Shown here one piece after another: positions 10,480 through 21,420 of a DNA stretch of 64,000 nt. How positions within the stretch are numbered: the first letter of the stretch is position 1; each line of letters begins with the position of its first letter. Both the position numbers and the translations under genes were made by a program. The notes beneath the pieces are model-generated. The model worked only from the letters and a program-made list of their open reading frames with translations. It searched no databases and was not told the origin of the DNA. This DNA comes from Mobula birostris. Lineage: Eukaryota. The stretch covers positions 28,502,752 to 28,566,751 of the forward strand of contig NC_092394.1 in assembly GCF_030028105.1 (NCBI RefSeq), read 5' to 3'.

Positions 10480-12170
10480 CTTGCCTGGATGACAGTGAAT
10501 ACAAGCTAAGTTAAGAGCAAAAAGGGTGTTTATTATTAGTGCCACATTCAGAATAAATCAAAAATAAAGAATGTAGAGAAAATTCAAGGAAGAATATAGG
10601 ATAATATGGTAACTTACATAAAAAGGAACTCAAAACCTTTTACAAACAGATAAAAAGGCAGTTCAATGATTGCTGTGAACTATTAGGAACAAATATTAAT
10701 AGAAGTACAGGAAAATGATTCATGAATGAATAATTCCTTCTCGACAAAAGAAGCAGATGAAGTTAATGAAAGTAGGAAAGGGGAGCAATGGGAGTGGTAG
10801 ATGCAGATACACAGTAGATTGTGGTTACTTGGACCATTGGTTAATTGAGGCAGCCACTTATTTGAGACAAAGAACAAAGACATTATCAAGAAAATAGCCT
10901 GGATTCCCTTTGTTTATTAGGGCTGCATAAATGAAGCAGGAGGTTGTTGCCGAATAGTTTCAACATAGCATCAGAAACATGCATTTGTGTGACTGTTAAA
11001 TACTACACCATGCTTAAAGTAAACAGTTTCTAAATAGCGTCAGTTGTGTGTGCTTGTGCTCAAAAAGCAATGACTTTTGTCACTGATAGTTGGCGAGAAA
11101 TAAGCAGTAAGACAATGCAGAACTGTCTTGCTTCCTGTGGTTTCAAGCATTCAGGCTTGGAGATGCCAGAAACAGCTGGGAGTGAAAATGAAATCATCTC
11201 ACTACTTAAACAAGTTATGAACTATAAAGAATTTGAAAGTATTGACAATCATCTTGAATGTTACAATGAAAATGAAGATTTGGAGGATGCAATCATCGAT
11301 AGCATTGTATGAAGGCAGTCCAATATCTACACTAGGTGTCTGCGCTGATTTTGTTCATCTACATTAAATCAAAAGAACACTGGATGAATTCCTCCATCAA
11401 AAACTATTAGGAGATAACATTTTATAGTGCTGAATTGTATTGATAGTGTCATAATTTGTTTTGTATTTCACTTAAGTACATAATTCATTACTTAGTTAAA
11501 TGGTAGTTTGTCTTTTGTATATCTTTCTTAACTATTTCCATGAAATTTCGGCTAATTGGGAGAACTGCTTACTTGGGCCAAAATATACTGGTCCCAATGT
11601 GTCCCAGTTTACTGGAATCCACTGTATTTGAAAGGACACAACTGATGAAAAAGAGGAACTAAAAGGTTGGAACCATTTGAAATGAATACTCACCTGGCGC
11701 AAAGCAATTATCTGAGGAATCTAGGGAAAATTAAGATGGACATAGCTGCAGTTCTCATGCAATTTTAGTATTTATTTTGGTTATTATAGAGATGCTAAAA
11801 ACTTGAAAATTATAATGTGGTTTAAGAAGGGAGAGAGATATAATACATAACTACAGTGTCTGTTGTGGGAATACTAATAGAGATGATTATTAAGAACAAT
11901 TAATTTTCTGTTAGAGATTCATAAAGGGGAAATGCTAGCAAAATTTGTACAGTAATATTAGACATGTATGTCTTCAAAAGGCCTTTGATGATGTACATAT
12001 AATCAGTTTATGTCAAAAATAGATGCATAATCTGTTAACTGGGAGTTGCATAATTGTCTCAAAGATTAACTTTTCTGACTGGGGAGAACGATACACTGTT
12101 GGAACATTAAAAGTTGCTATTGAAATCATTGTTCATTCTGACATGTAATAACGATGGTCAGGTATAGGGA
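10480..12170 (+). mobile_element. Very old CR1 remnant split by a pogo/Tigger element
   Basis: Faint CR1 RT motifs on both sides of 10812-11624 (aaaacctttta, tttaagaagggagagag, cttcaaaaggcctttgat). Confidence 0.5.
10812..11624 (+). mobile_element. Non-autonomous pogo/Tigger DNA transposon
   Basis: TIRs cagtagattgtggtta / ttactggaatccactg followed by TA. ORF 11046-11312 (AMTFVTDSWREISSKTMQNCLASCGF) resembles the Tigger transposase C-terminal W..I...TI.NCF...GF motif. Confidence 0.75.
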
Positions 12171-12464
12171 ATACAAACCTTGGCAGTTTGTATACGGTTT
12201 TTCCAGTATAAAATTTAAGCAGAATAGTATATTGTAGCTGCAAATGCTAAGATTATAAGCTTATTTTAGTGTGTCATTCCTTGTTATAAATAGCTTGGGA
12301 TTTGTTTTTCATTGTTTAAGGCATATAATACTGTAATACAATTATAATAAAAATAGAAAATGTTGGAAATACTTAACAGGTCAAAATCTTGAAACTCTAA
12401 CTCCTTTTCTCCTTGTGAATGTGCTGCCTGACCTGCTCAGTATTTTCAGAATTTCCAGCTTCTG

Positions 12465-12680
12465 AAGGATTTAATGATGGATTCCACTTTCTTGAGGATA
12501 TCTTCGATGGTGGGGAGGGTAGTGCCAGTGATAGAGCTGGTTGAATCTGTAACCCTCTGCAGCTTTTTGCGAAGTGCTTTGGAGGCTCCATACCCGCCTG
12601 TAATGCAACCAGTCAGAATGCTCACCATCATACATTTGTGGATATTTGTAAGGGATATTTGTAAATCTCCTCAAACTCTT
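12465..12680 (-). mobile_element. Rex1/Babar RT C-terminal fragment
   Basis: SILTGCIT..YG...RKKLQRVTDSTSSITGTTLPTIEDI. Confidence 0.8.
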
Positions 12681-12769
12681 AAATTTGATCAGAGACTCTA
12701 CATGTATGATTCTCTCCTCACTGAAAGTTAGTGAGTGAAAACCCTAAAACTAAGTGAAAACTGTGCTTT

Positions 12770-12985
12770 AAATCGGTGGCACAACGGCATAGTAGAGCCA
12801 TTGATTCACAGAGACTCAATCCTGACCTCAACGGCTGTCTGTGTGGAATTTGCCAATTCTACTTGTGAAAGTATAAGTTCCCTCTACACCAATGAAGTGC
12901 AGGCTGGTGGGTTAACTGGCTGCTGTTAATTAGCCCCAGTGGGCAGTTAAGTGTTAGATTCTCAGAGAGAGTTGATGAGAAGGTG
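12770..12985 (+). mobile_element. Degraded tRNA-derived SINE
   Basis: 'tcaatcctgacctc..gctgtctgtgtggaatttgc' head and 'gggttaactggctgctgttaatt' core. Confidence 0.65.
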
Positions 12986-12988
12986 GTG

Positions 12989-13945
12989 TTGTTACATGAA
13001 CAAAGTCACCGGTGAGACACTGAAGCTAATAGATATAGAAGTGTTTTATTCAGCAAAAAGAGCCACAGGCATGATATTGAGACACACTTGGAAGAGGCAG
13101 CCTGCCCAACCCAATATTACGTGACATTTTTATATGCTAAAGATCAAAGGTAACAGCAGGACAATTTTATAGTTACAATGTAGCTATAATGCTTCCTTTA
13201 AATCACATACAGTTTTCAAACACCTCCTTTTTCGCATCTACACTCTAGCCACGCAAAATGAATGTTAACTCCCACCGATTTCGAGCCTCATTCATGCACT
13301 TGCAGGCTTCTGCAGTCAAATGGAAGGTCATCGCTCATGGAGTTGTTATTTAAGTTCAATCTACAATCCACATTCAGACCTGGAGAAGTGCTGGTGTAAT
13401 CAATGCACACTGAAGATCGATCAAAACTTTACATGGTTGCAATTTGCTCATTGTTTAGCCAGAAACACTAATGTCCCTGTCATAATGAAGCCATGGTGAA
13501 ATTGCAATTCACCATGTTTCAAGGAAAAGTCGAAAGATTTTGTGAAGCTGTACCGCCACAGGGGAAACTTTGCAGTTGCCAGAACATACTGAGATCTGAG
13601 CTCGCATTACTAAATAGTTGAAACATTAAACGTACAGTGCAAACTGAGTTTCTGATAGATACTGCCAACTAGCAGTGTTCGATGCCAGCAATATCCACTC
13701 ATAAAATTCACCATTATATCTTTTATGTGGGATTTCAGCTCTGCTGAAGCTGCCAAATTTGAACCAATTTCTTTAACTGCTGACTGCATGGATCCAATTT
13801 TGTATTTGATTGCAAGAATTGTGCATGTGTTTTGAATAAATACTCCCCATTGTAACCATAAGCATTCAAGGTTGATTAATTTCTGTTAACTATTAGAGAA
13901 AAATAATCTTATCCTTAGCTTGTATATAGAAATAAGTACCTTGCT
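12989..13945 (-). mobile_element. Probable solo LTR-like insertion (right boundary uncertain)
   Basis: Starts tgttaca, with tttatt (minus-strand poly(A) signal) about 55 bp in and tttatat (minus TATA-like) further in. Interrupts a SINE. No terminal CA or TSD found. Confidence 0.35.
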
Positions 13946-15102
13946 GTGATATATACTTGGTGGCAACTTCATTAGGGACACCTGTACACCAGCTCATTAA
14001 TGCAAATATCTTATCAACCAATCATGTGGAGGTATCTCAATGCATAAAAACGTGCAGACATTGTTCAGTTGGCGTTCAGACCAAATATCAGAAGGGGAAG
14101 AAATGTAATCTAAGTGACTTTGATCATGGAATGATTTCTGGTCCTTATGTACTGGAAATAACATTAAACAATCCTGTGAACTTGATTATCTCAGAAACTT
14201 TTGATCTCCAGGGATTTTCACACATAACAGGCTCTAGAATTTATGGAAAATGGTGTGAAAAACAAAAAAAAAATCCAGTGAGCAGCATCTCTGTGGGTGA
14301 AAACACCTTGTTAATGAGAAAGGTCAGAGGAGAATGGACAGACTGGTTCAAGTTGACAGGAAGCAACAGTAACTCAAATAGCCACACGTTACAACAGTGG
14401 TGTGCAGAAGAGCATCTCAGACTACGCAACATGTTGGACCTTAAAGTGGATACTACTACGTCGACTCAGGCCTAGGGGGCTGGCATCAGGCATGATGACG
14501 GACTCTCCACTTCTCCCTCTCCCTCATCAGTGTGTTCAGTTCATCTATATTAGCCGTGCTGCTGTCTTCTAGGAGCGTGTTGACCATAGTCTTGGGAGGG
14601 CACCCAGGGTTCATCCTTCCATGCCTGGGCTCCCATATGATGACTAGGCTGGCAGGTAGCTCGGGGTGGTGTAGACGGTGCCCCGCTAGTTGCAGTCTTC
14701 TCACCTCGATTTTAGTGGTGAGCATCAGTAGGTCGTTATAGAGCTCGACGTTTGTCATGTGCTGTTGCCAGCTCACGTCAAGAGCCATCCGGAGCATTCG
14801 TGTATAGCAACCATCTAGAGACCTTCGCATAGTCTTGGCGAGTGTCCACGTCTTGCATCGGTACGTGAGAATGGACTCTATGATTGCTATGAAAATCCTC
14901 TTTTTAAGCCCTCTGGTCAGGTTCAACTTCCAGATTTCTTTCATGTCGTTCATAGCCCTCCACGCCAGCGCCTTCCGTATCTTTACGTCCTTCTCTGAAC
15001 TCATCATTCTTGACCCAAGGTACTTGAAGTCAAAGAATTTCTTAATGGTATCATTCTTTACGGTCTTGAGAGTACCTTTGTCGCAGTTAAACGCCATGTA
15101 CT

Positions 15103-15392
15103 GGGTGGGCACAGGAGTACATTCAGCCAGAGACTCATTCCACCGAGATGCAGCACAGAGCATCATAGGAAATCATTCCTGCCTGTGGCCATCAAACTTT
15201 ACAACTCCTCCCTTGGAGGGTCAGACACCCTGAGCCAATAGGCTGGTCCTGGACTTATTTCATAATTTACTGGCATAATTTACATATTACTATTTAACTA
15301 TTTATGGTTCTATTACTATTTATTATTTATGGTGCAACTGTAATGAAAACCAATTTCCCCCGGATCAATAAAGTATGACTATGACTATGACT
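15103..15392 (+). mobile_element. 5'-truncated Rex1/Babar insertion inside the RTE RT
   Basis: Encodes HRSTFSQRLIPPRC...RKSFLPVAIKLYN. Has aataaa and a (ctatga)n tail. 7-bp TSD atgtact at 15096-15102 and 15393-15399. Confidence 0.92.
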
Positions 15393-15943
15393 ATGTACTC
15401 GGTCTTTTTAGTGTTCAGGTGAAGTCCAACTTTATTGCACACAATTTCCACTTTTGTCAGTAGCTGCTGTGCTTCCTCCATCTGGTCAGAGAGCAGGACT
15501 ATGTCATCTGCAAAATCGAGATCTGTGAGCGTAACTGGTCTGACCCTTTTGGTTTGTCCTGGTTTTATGGTAAAACCAAGCTTGTCATGATCTTTGATAG
15601 CTTGACGTAGAGCGTAATCAAGGACGATTGTAAAGATGCCAGAGTGTCTCCTTGCAGCACTCCAGCTAGGAGCTCGAACACTGCTGTTTCTCCATCTGGT
15701 GATAAACTTTCACCATGGTTTTGGTATAGCCGGACTCTATTGCTCTCAGTAAATGGTCTGGCACTCCGTAAGCTTTCAGGATCTTCAGCATCTTACCTTG
15801 GTGATTGGAGTCAAACGCTTTGCAAAAATCGATGTAAGTAATCACGGCTGGTAGGTTGTTCTTCTTGACTTCCTCGATGATCCTACGGAGAGCAAGTATT
15901 TGCATTACTGTTATGCGCTTCTGCCGAAAATCATTCTGATTGA

Positions 15944-16235
15944 CTCCTAGCTGGAGTGCTGCAAGGAGACACTCTGGCACCCTACATCTTTATAATCGTC
16001 CTTGATTACGCTCTGCGTCAAGCTACCAAAGATCATGACAAGCTTGGTTTTACCATAAAACCAGGACGAACCAAAAGGGTCAGACCAGTTACGCTCACAG
16101 ATCTCGATTTTGCAGATGACATAGTCCTGCTCTCTGACCAGATGGAGGAAGCACAGCAGCTACTGACAAAAGTGGAAATTGAGTGCAATAAAGTTGGACT
16201 TCACCTGAACACTAAAAAGACCGAGTACAATGGCG
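15944..16235 (+). repeat. Inverted duplicate of RTE segment 15393-15673
   Basis: ORF 15956-16279 (+) encodes the same LQGDTLA...FADD...KKTEY block that is read on the minus strand at 15393-15665. Confidence 0.95.
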
Positions 16236-18469
16236 GTGCGAATCTGGTTCAAGATCATCCGATTGTAAAGCTTTGCTAAGATACAGGTCAAGCTGATACC
16301 ACAGTAGTTATCTGTCTTCGTGAGGGATCCAGGCTTGGGGACTGGGATAATGTTTAAGACTGACCACTGTTCTGGTTTGTCGCCTTTCATCAGTGCCATA
16401 TTACATATGTCCAGCAGGATGTCGTCCAGGTCGCAGTTCTTCAGGACATCTGGTGGTATCCCATCTGGACCAGCACTCCTGCCCTGTTTGAGTGCATATT
16501 TGGCCTTCTTCAGTTCCTCAATGGTGAATGGGCCGTCATCGATGTTGACTTGCGTTAGTATCATGGGTTTGTCCTCTTCTTCTTCCATGATCGTTGGAGG
16601 GCTTCCCAGCAGGTTCTTAAAGTGGATAAACCATGTCAGGACACAGTCCTCTGCTGTTTTACCACTTATTTGACCTGATGGGGACTTCTTCCGTCTACTG
16701 ATCTCGTTGACTAGGCGCCATGCTTCTCCATGCTGCTTGTCTTCATTAGCAGCCCCTACCTCTCTAATCCTCTCAGCTAGTTCCTCTTCATTCGGTTGGT
16801 CGTAGGTGGCAAAGAGATTCTTCTTTGCTGTCTTGAACTTGTCTCTTAGCTGTTCTGTTTCACTCCTTCTAAGTTCGGCATGCATGATAAGCATGGACCA
16901 CACTTCTTGCTGCAACGACGTCAGGATGTTTCGAGATTCGACTCTTCTTGATTCGCTTCACAGTAGGCAAACTCTTTGTTGCATCTGTGTGTGTGTCTAT
17001 GAGCCGTTGTTAGCGGTCGGTGGCAGTCTCTTCCTCCCCCCTTTCCAGTGGGCCAAAGCGATTTCTCACCTCCACTGTGTACTGGGCTTGAAGAATAGTT
17101 TGTGAGGAGAATGCCTTCCAGTCTACCTTCTCCTTGGGACCTGTGGCTTTGGGTTGCCGCAGGCTCAGTCTCACTTGCTCTGTGGTCAGAACTGACCGAG
17201 TTGAAGGTGCTGTAGGCTTCTGTGTTGATCACACAATTACGCCATTTTGTTCTTACGAGGATGTAATCGAGCTGTTTCCAGTAGATGGAGGCTCTTTTTT
17301 CGTATGTCCACAGTTTACCAGCTCGCTTCTTGAATTGTGTGTTGGTGACAATGAGACTGTGTTCCTGGATGAAATCAACTAGATATTGTCCATTTCTGTT
17401 GGTAAAGTCTTGGTATGAGTATGGAACATCTTCCAGTCCGACCTGGGCATTAAAATCGCCGAGCACAGCCAGGAAGTTATGTGCCGGTATTGAAGTGACA
17501 GCTTTGTGAAGTTTACTGTAGAAGCCTCCACCTCCTTCTCTTCACTGCAGTTGTGCGAGGAGTAACAGATGATGACAGAGGTCGCTGGGTTTCCGTCAAA
17601 TTCCGCAGTAAGGATTCTGTCACTGACTGAGACTACGCCCCTCAGTGCCTCCTTCGCCTTGCGGCTCAACATCAGCCCTACTCCACCTTGTGCTGACATC
17701 GTCGTCGGCTGTCTCCACGCGGACGAGGTGATGAGGTGCATCCCCTCTACCTCTGTGAACCTTATCTCTTTGTCAGGGTGTACATGACGGTGTTCTTGGA
17801 TCCCCAGGATGGAGATCTCGTAGCTGCTCGCCTGTGATGTCAACTCTGTGCATCGAGGCAAGAGGCGGATGGAGTTTGCGTTGAAGGTTGAGATGATCGT
17901 TTTTACCTTACAACGCAAAAGATGTGCAGTTCACTCGGCCCCCTTGTCGGACTCAACCATCCCCGTGTGGTTTGAGGTTGCATCTTCATACTGCCTGTCT
18001 CGGCCAGGGTCTGGACGTTCCGCAGAGTTCCTGAGCACTCCCGGCTCTGGAAGTACAGGGTTTGTTGGGTTGTCTGTCATTGTAATGCCTTACAAGGTGC
18101 AAAACGAAAGTCTGTATGGCACGCCACTCCTCACACAGACAGTAGGTGGCCGTTGACTCACAAAGAGTTCATCCGCCCTTTGACGGGTTTTGTTTTTAGT
18201 CCTGCTGGGTGCCTACACACCCTCCTCCCTGGTTAACCGAAGTGCACCAGGGGGTGTGCCAGCTGAGTCGCTGACAACCCGACCTGAGACAGGTAATACT
18301 GGGCTGCGTGGCACCTGTAGCAAGGCAAGGCCCTGACCTGACCTAATAGGATACAGCAACAGAAGACCATGAATGTACACTTGGTGGCCAATTTATTAGT
18401 TATGGGAAGTACTTCATAAAATGGCCACTGAGTGTATTTGCCATAGCAGTTAAAACAATGATGGTTTCA

Positions 18470-21268
18470 TTGGTTACTAAACAACATGGTTACAGGAGGG
18501 GTGTGATTGGTAACTAAATAATCCCGGATTTAATTGCTTCAGGAGTGATAGAATCGGAGGGACAAGAGGGGGAGGAGTTGCATTGCTTGTCAGAGAAAAT
18601 ATTACAGTGCTGCTCTGGCAGGATAGATTAGAGGGCTCGTCTAGGGAGGCTATTTGGGTGGAATTGAGGAATGGGAAAGGTGCAGTAACTCTTATGGGGT
18701 GTATTATAGACCACCAAATGGGGAGTGAGAATTGGAGGAGCAAATTTGTAAGGAGATAGCAGATATTAGTAGTAGGCACAAGGTTGTGATTGTGGGAGAT
18801 ATTAATTTTCCACACATAGACTGGGAAGCCCATACTGTAAAAGGCCTGGATAGTTTGGAGTTCGTAAAATGTGTGCAAGATAGGTTTTTGCAGCAATACA
18901 TAGAGGTACCAATGAGAGAAGGGGCAGTGTTGGATCTCCTTTTAGGGAATGAGATAGGTCAGGTGATGGAGGTTTGTGTTGGGGAGCACTTTGGGTCCAG
19001 TGATCACAATGCCATTAGCTTCAATATAATTATGCAGAAGGATAGATCTGCACCCAGGGTTGAGATTTTTGATTGGAGAAAGGCTTACTTTGAGGAGATG
19101 CGAAAGGATTTGGAAGGAATGGATTGGGACAATTTGTTTTATGGGAAGGATATAATAGAGAACTGGAAGTCATTTAAAGGTGAAATTTTGAGAGTACAGA
19201 ATCTTTATGTTCCTGTTAGGTTGAAAGGAAAGGTTAAAAGTTTGAGAGAGCCATGGTTTTCAAGGGATATTGGAAACTTGGTTTGGGAAAAAAGAGAGAT
19301 CTACAATAAATATAGACAGCATGGAGTAAATGAGGTGCTCAGGGAATATAAAGAATGTAAAAAGAATCTTAAGAAAGAAATTAGAAAAGCTAAAAGAAGA
19401 TATGAGGTTGCTTTGGCAAGTAAGGTGAAAATAAATCCCAAGGGTTTCTGCTGTTATATAAATAGCAAAAGGATAGTGAGGGATAAAGTTGGTCCCTTAG
19501 AGAATCAGGGTGGACGTCTATGTGTGGAGCCAAAAGGGATAGGGGAGATTCTTAACGATTTCTTTTTTTTCGGTATTCACTAAGGAGAAGGATATTGAAT
19601 TGTGTAAGATAAGAGAAACGGGTAGGGAAGTTATGGAAACTATGATGATTAAAGAAGAAGTAGTACTGGAGCTTTTAAGGAATATAAAAGTGGATAAGTC
19701 TCCGGGTCCTGACAGGATATTCCCTAGGACATTGAGGGAAGTTAGTGTGGAAATAGCAGGCGCTCTGATAGAAATATTTCAAATGTCATTAGAAACGGGG
19801 ATGGTGCCGGAGGATTGGCGTATTGCTCATGTTGTTCCATTGTTTAAAAAGGGTTCTAAGAGTAAACCTAGCAATTATCGGCCTGTGAGTTTGACGTCAG
19901 TGGTGGGTAAATTGATGGAAAGTATTCTTAGAGATGGTATATATAATTATCTGGATAGACAAGGTCTGATTAGGAAGAGTAAACATGGATTTGTGCATGG
20001 AAGGTCATGTTTGACAAATCTTATTGAATTTTTTGAAGAGGTTACTAGGAATGTTGACAATGGTAAAGCAGTGGTTGTTGTCTATATGGACTTCAGTAAG
20101 GCCTTTGACAAAGTCCCACATGGAAGGTTGGTTAGAAAGATTCAATCATTGGGTATTAATATCGAAGTAGTAAAATGGATTCAACAGTGGCTGGATGGGA
20201 GACGCCAGAGAGTCGTGGTGGAAAACTGTCTGTCAGATTGGAGGCTGGGACTAGCAGTGTGCCTCAGGGATCTGTACTGGGTCCAGTGTTATTTATCATT
20301 TACATTAATGATCTGGATGATGGGGTGGCAAATTGGATGAGTAAGTATGCAGATGATACTAAGATAGGTGGAGTTGTGGATAATGAAGTAGGTTTTCAAA
20401 GCTTGCAGAGAGATTTAGGCCAGTTAGAAGAGTGGGCTGAAAGATGGCAGATGGAGTTTAATGCTGATAAGTGTGAGGTGCTACACTTTGGTAGGACTAA
20501 TCAAAATAGGACATACATGGTAAATGGTAGGGCATTGAAGAACGCAGTAGAACAGAGGGATCTAGGAATAATGGTGCATAGTTCCCTGAAGGTGGAATCT
20601 CATGTGGATAGGGTGGTGAAGAAAGCCTTTGGTATGCTGGTCTTTATAAATCAGAGCATTGAGTATAGGAGTTGGGATGTAATGTTGAAATTGTACAAGG
20701 CATTGGTGAGGCCAAATTTGGAGTATTGTGTACAGTTTTGGTCACCAAATGATAGGAAAGATGTCAACAAAATAGAGAGAGTACAGAGAAGGTTTACTAG
20801 AATGTTACCTGGGTTTCATCACCCAAGTTACAGAGAAAGATCGAACAAGTTGGGTCTTTATTCTTTGGAATGTAGAAGGTTGAGGGGGGACTTGATAGAT
20901 GTATTTAAAATTATGAGGGGGATAGATAGAGTTGACATGGATAGGCTTTTTCCATTGAGAGGGGGGGAGATTCAAACAAGAGGACATGAGTTGAGAGTTA
21001 AAGGGCAAAAGTTTAGGGGTAACATGAGGGGGAACTTCTTTACTCAGAGAGTGGTGGCTGTGTGGAACGAGCTTCCAGCAGAAGTGGTTGAGGCAGGTTC
21101 GATGTTATCGTTTAAAGTTAAACTGACAGCTATATGGACAGGAAAGGAATGGAGGGTTATGGGCTGAGTGCAGGTCAGTGGGACTAGGTGAGAGTAAGAG
21201 TTCGGCACGGACTAGAAGGGCCAAGATGGCCTGTTTCCATGCCGTAATTGTTATATGGTTATATGGTT
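18470..21268 (+). mobile_element. CR1 LINE, nearly complete ORF2 (APE+RT), 5'-truncated and frameshifted
   Basis: GGGVAL, YRPP, VGDINFP, SSDHN, KSPGPD, NYRPVSLTS, YMDFSKAFDKVPH, VPQGSVLGP, YADD, LVRPNLEYCVQFWSP, FFTQRVV. (ttatatgg)n tail. Confidence 0.97.
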
Positions 21269-21420
21269 AATGAAAAGTGCATTTAATTTTAACTTTTTGC
21301 CAATGTAAAATGGGTGAAGCTGCCCATTATATATCTGGGCAACATTTCATTTAACATTTATAAAGGCAAAACAGTCTGAAAGCAGAATTCAGCCAATAAT
21401 ATGGGATATCTGGTTGACCA

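Larger units (their letters stand above)
14452..18345 (-). mobile_element. Apparently full-length RTE-group LINE (5'UTR, APE endonuclease, RT), frameshifted
   Basis: APE motifs ISTFNANS, LGIQEHR, GGVGLML, LGDFNA, QLDYIL, SDHR. RT motifs GPDGIP, IPVPK, YIDFCKAFDS, GVLQGDTLAP, LDFADD, FKYLGS, RRLQLAGH. (GTA)n tail at ~14451-14460. Confidence 0.93.
13952..18436 (+). mobile_element. Non-autonomous Tc1-like transposon (13952-14451 plus 18346-18436) split by an RTE LINE
   Basis: TIRs TA-tacttggtggcaacttcattag / ataaaatggccactgagtg-TA. Tc1 HTH remnant (KKCNLSDFDHGMI, ISETFDLQGFS). Sequence resumes (tacagcaacagaagacca) after the RTE. Confidence 0.85.

Noticed and set aside
18120-18345. HDV-like ribozyme in the 5'UTR of the long RTE
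   Set aside because: No consistent nested double pseudoknot found by eye. It needs a descriptor search.
18732-21167. Functional reverse transcriptase gene
   Set aside because: CR1 ORF2 is 5'-truncated and broken by stops and frameshifts, so it is a dead TE copy.
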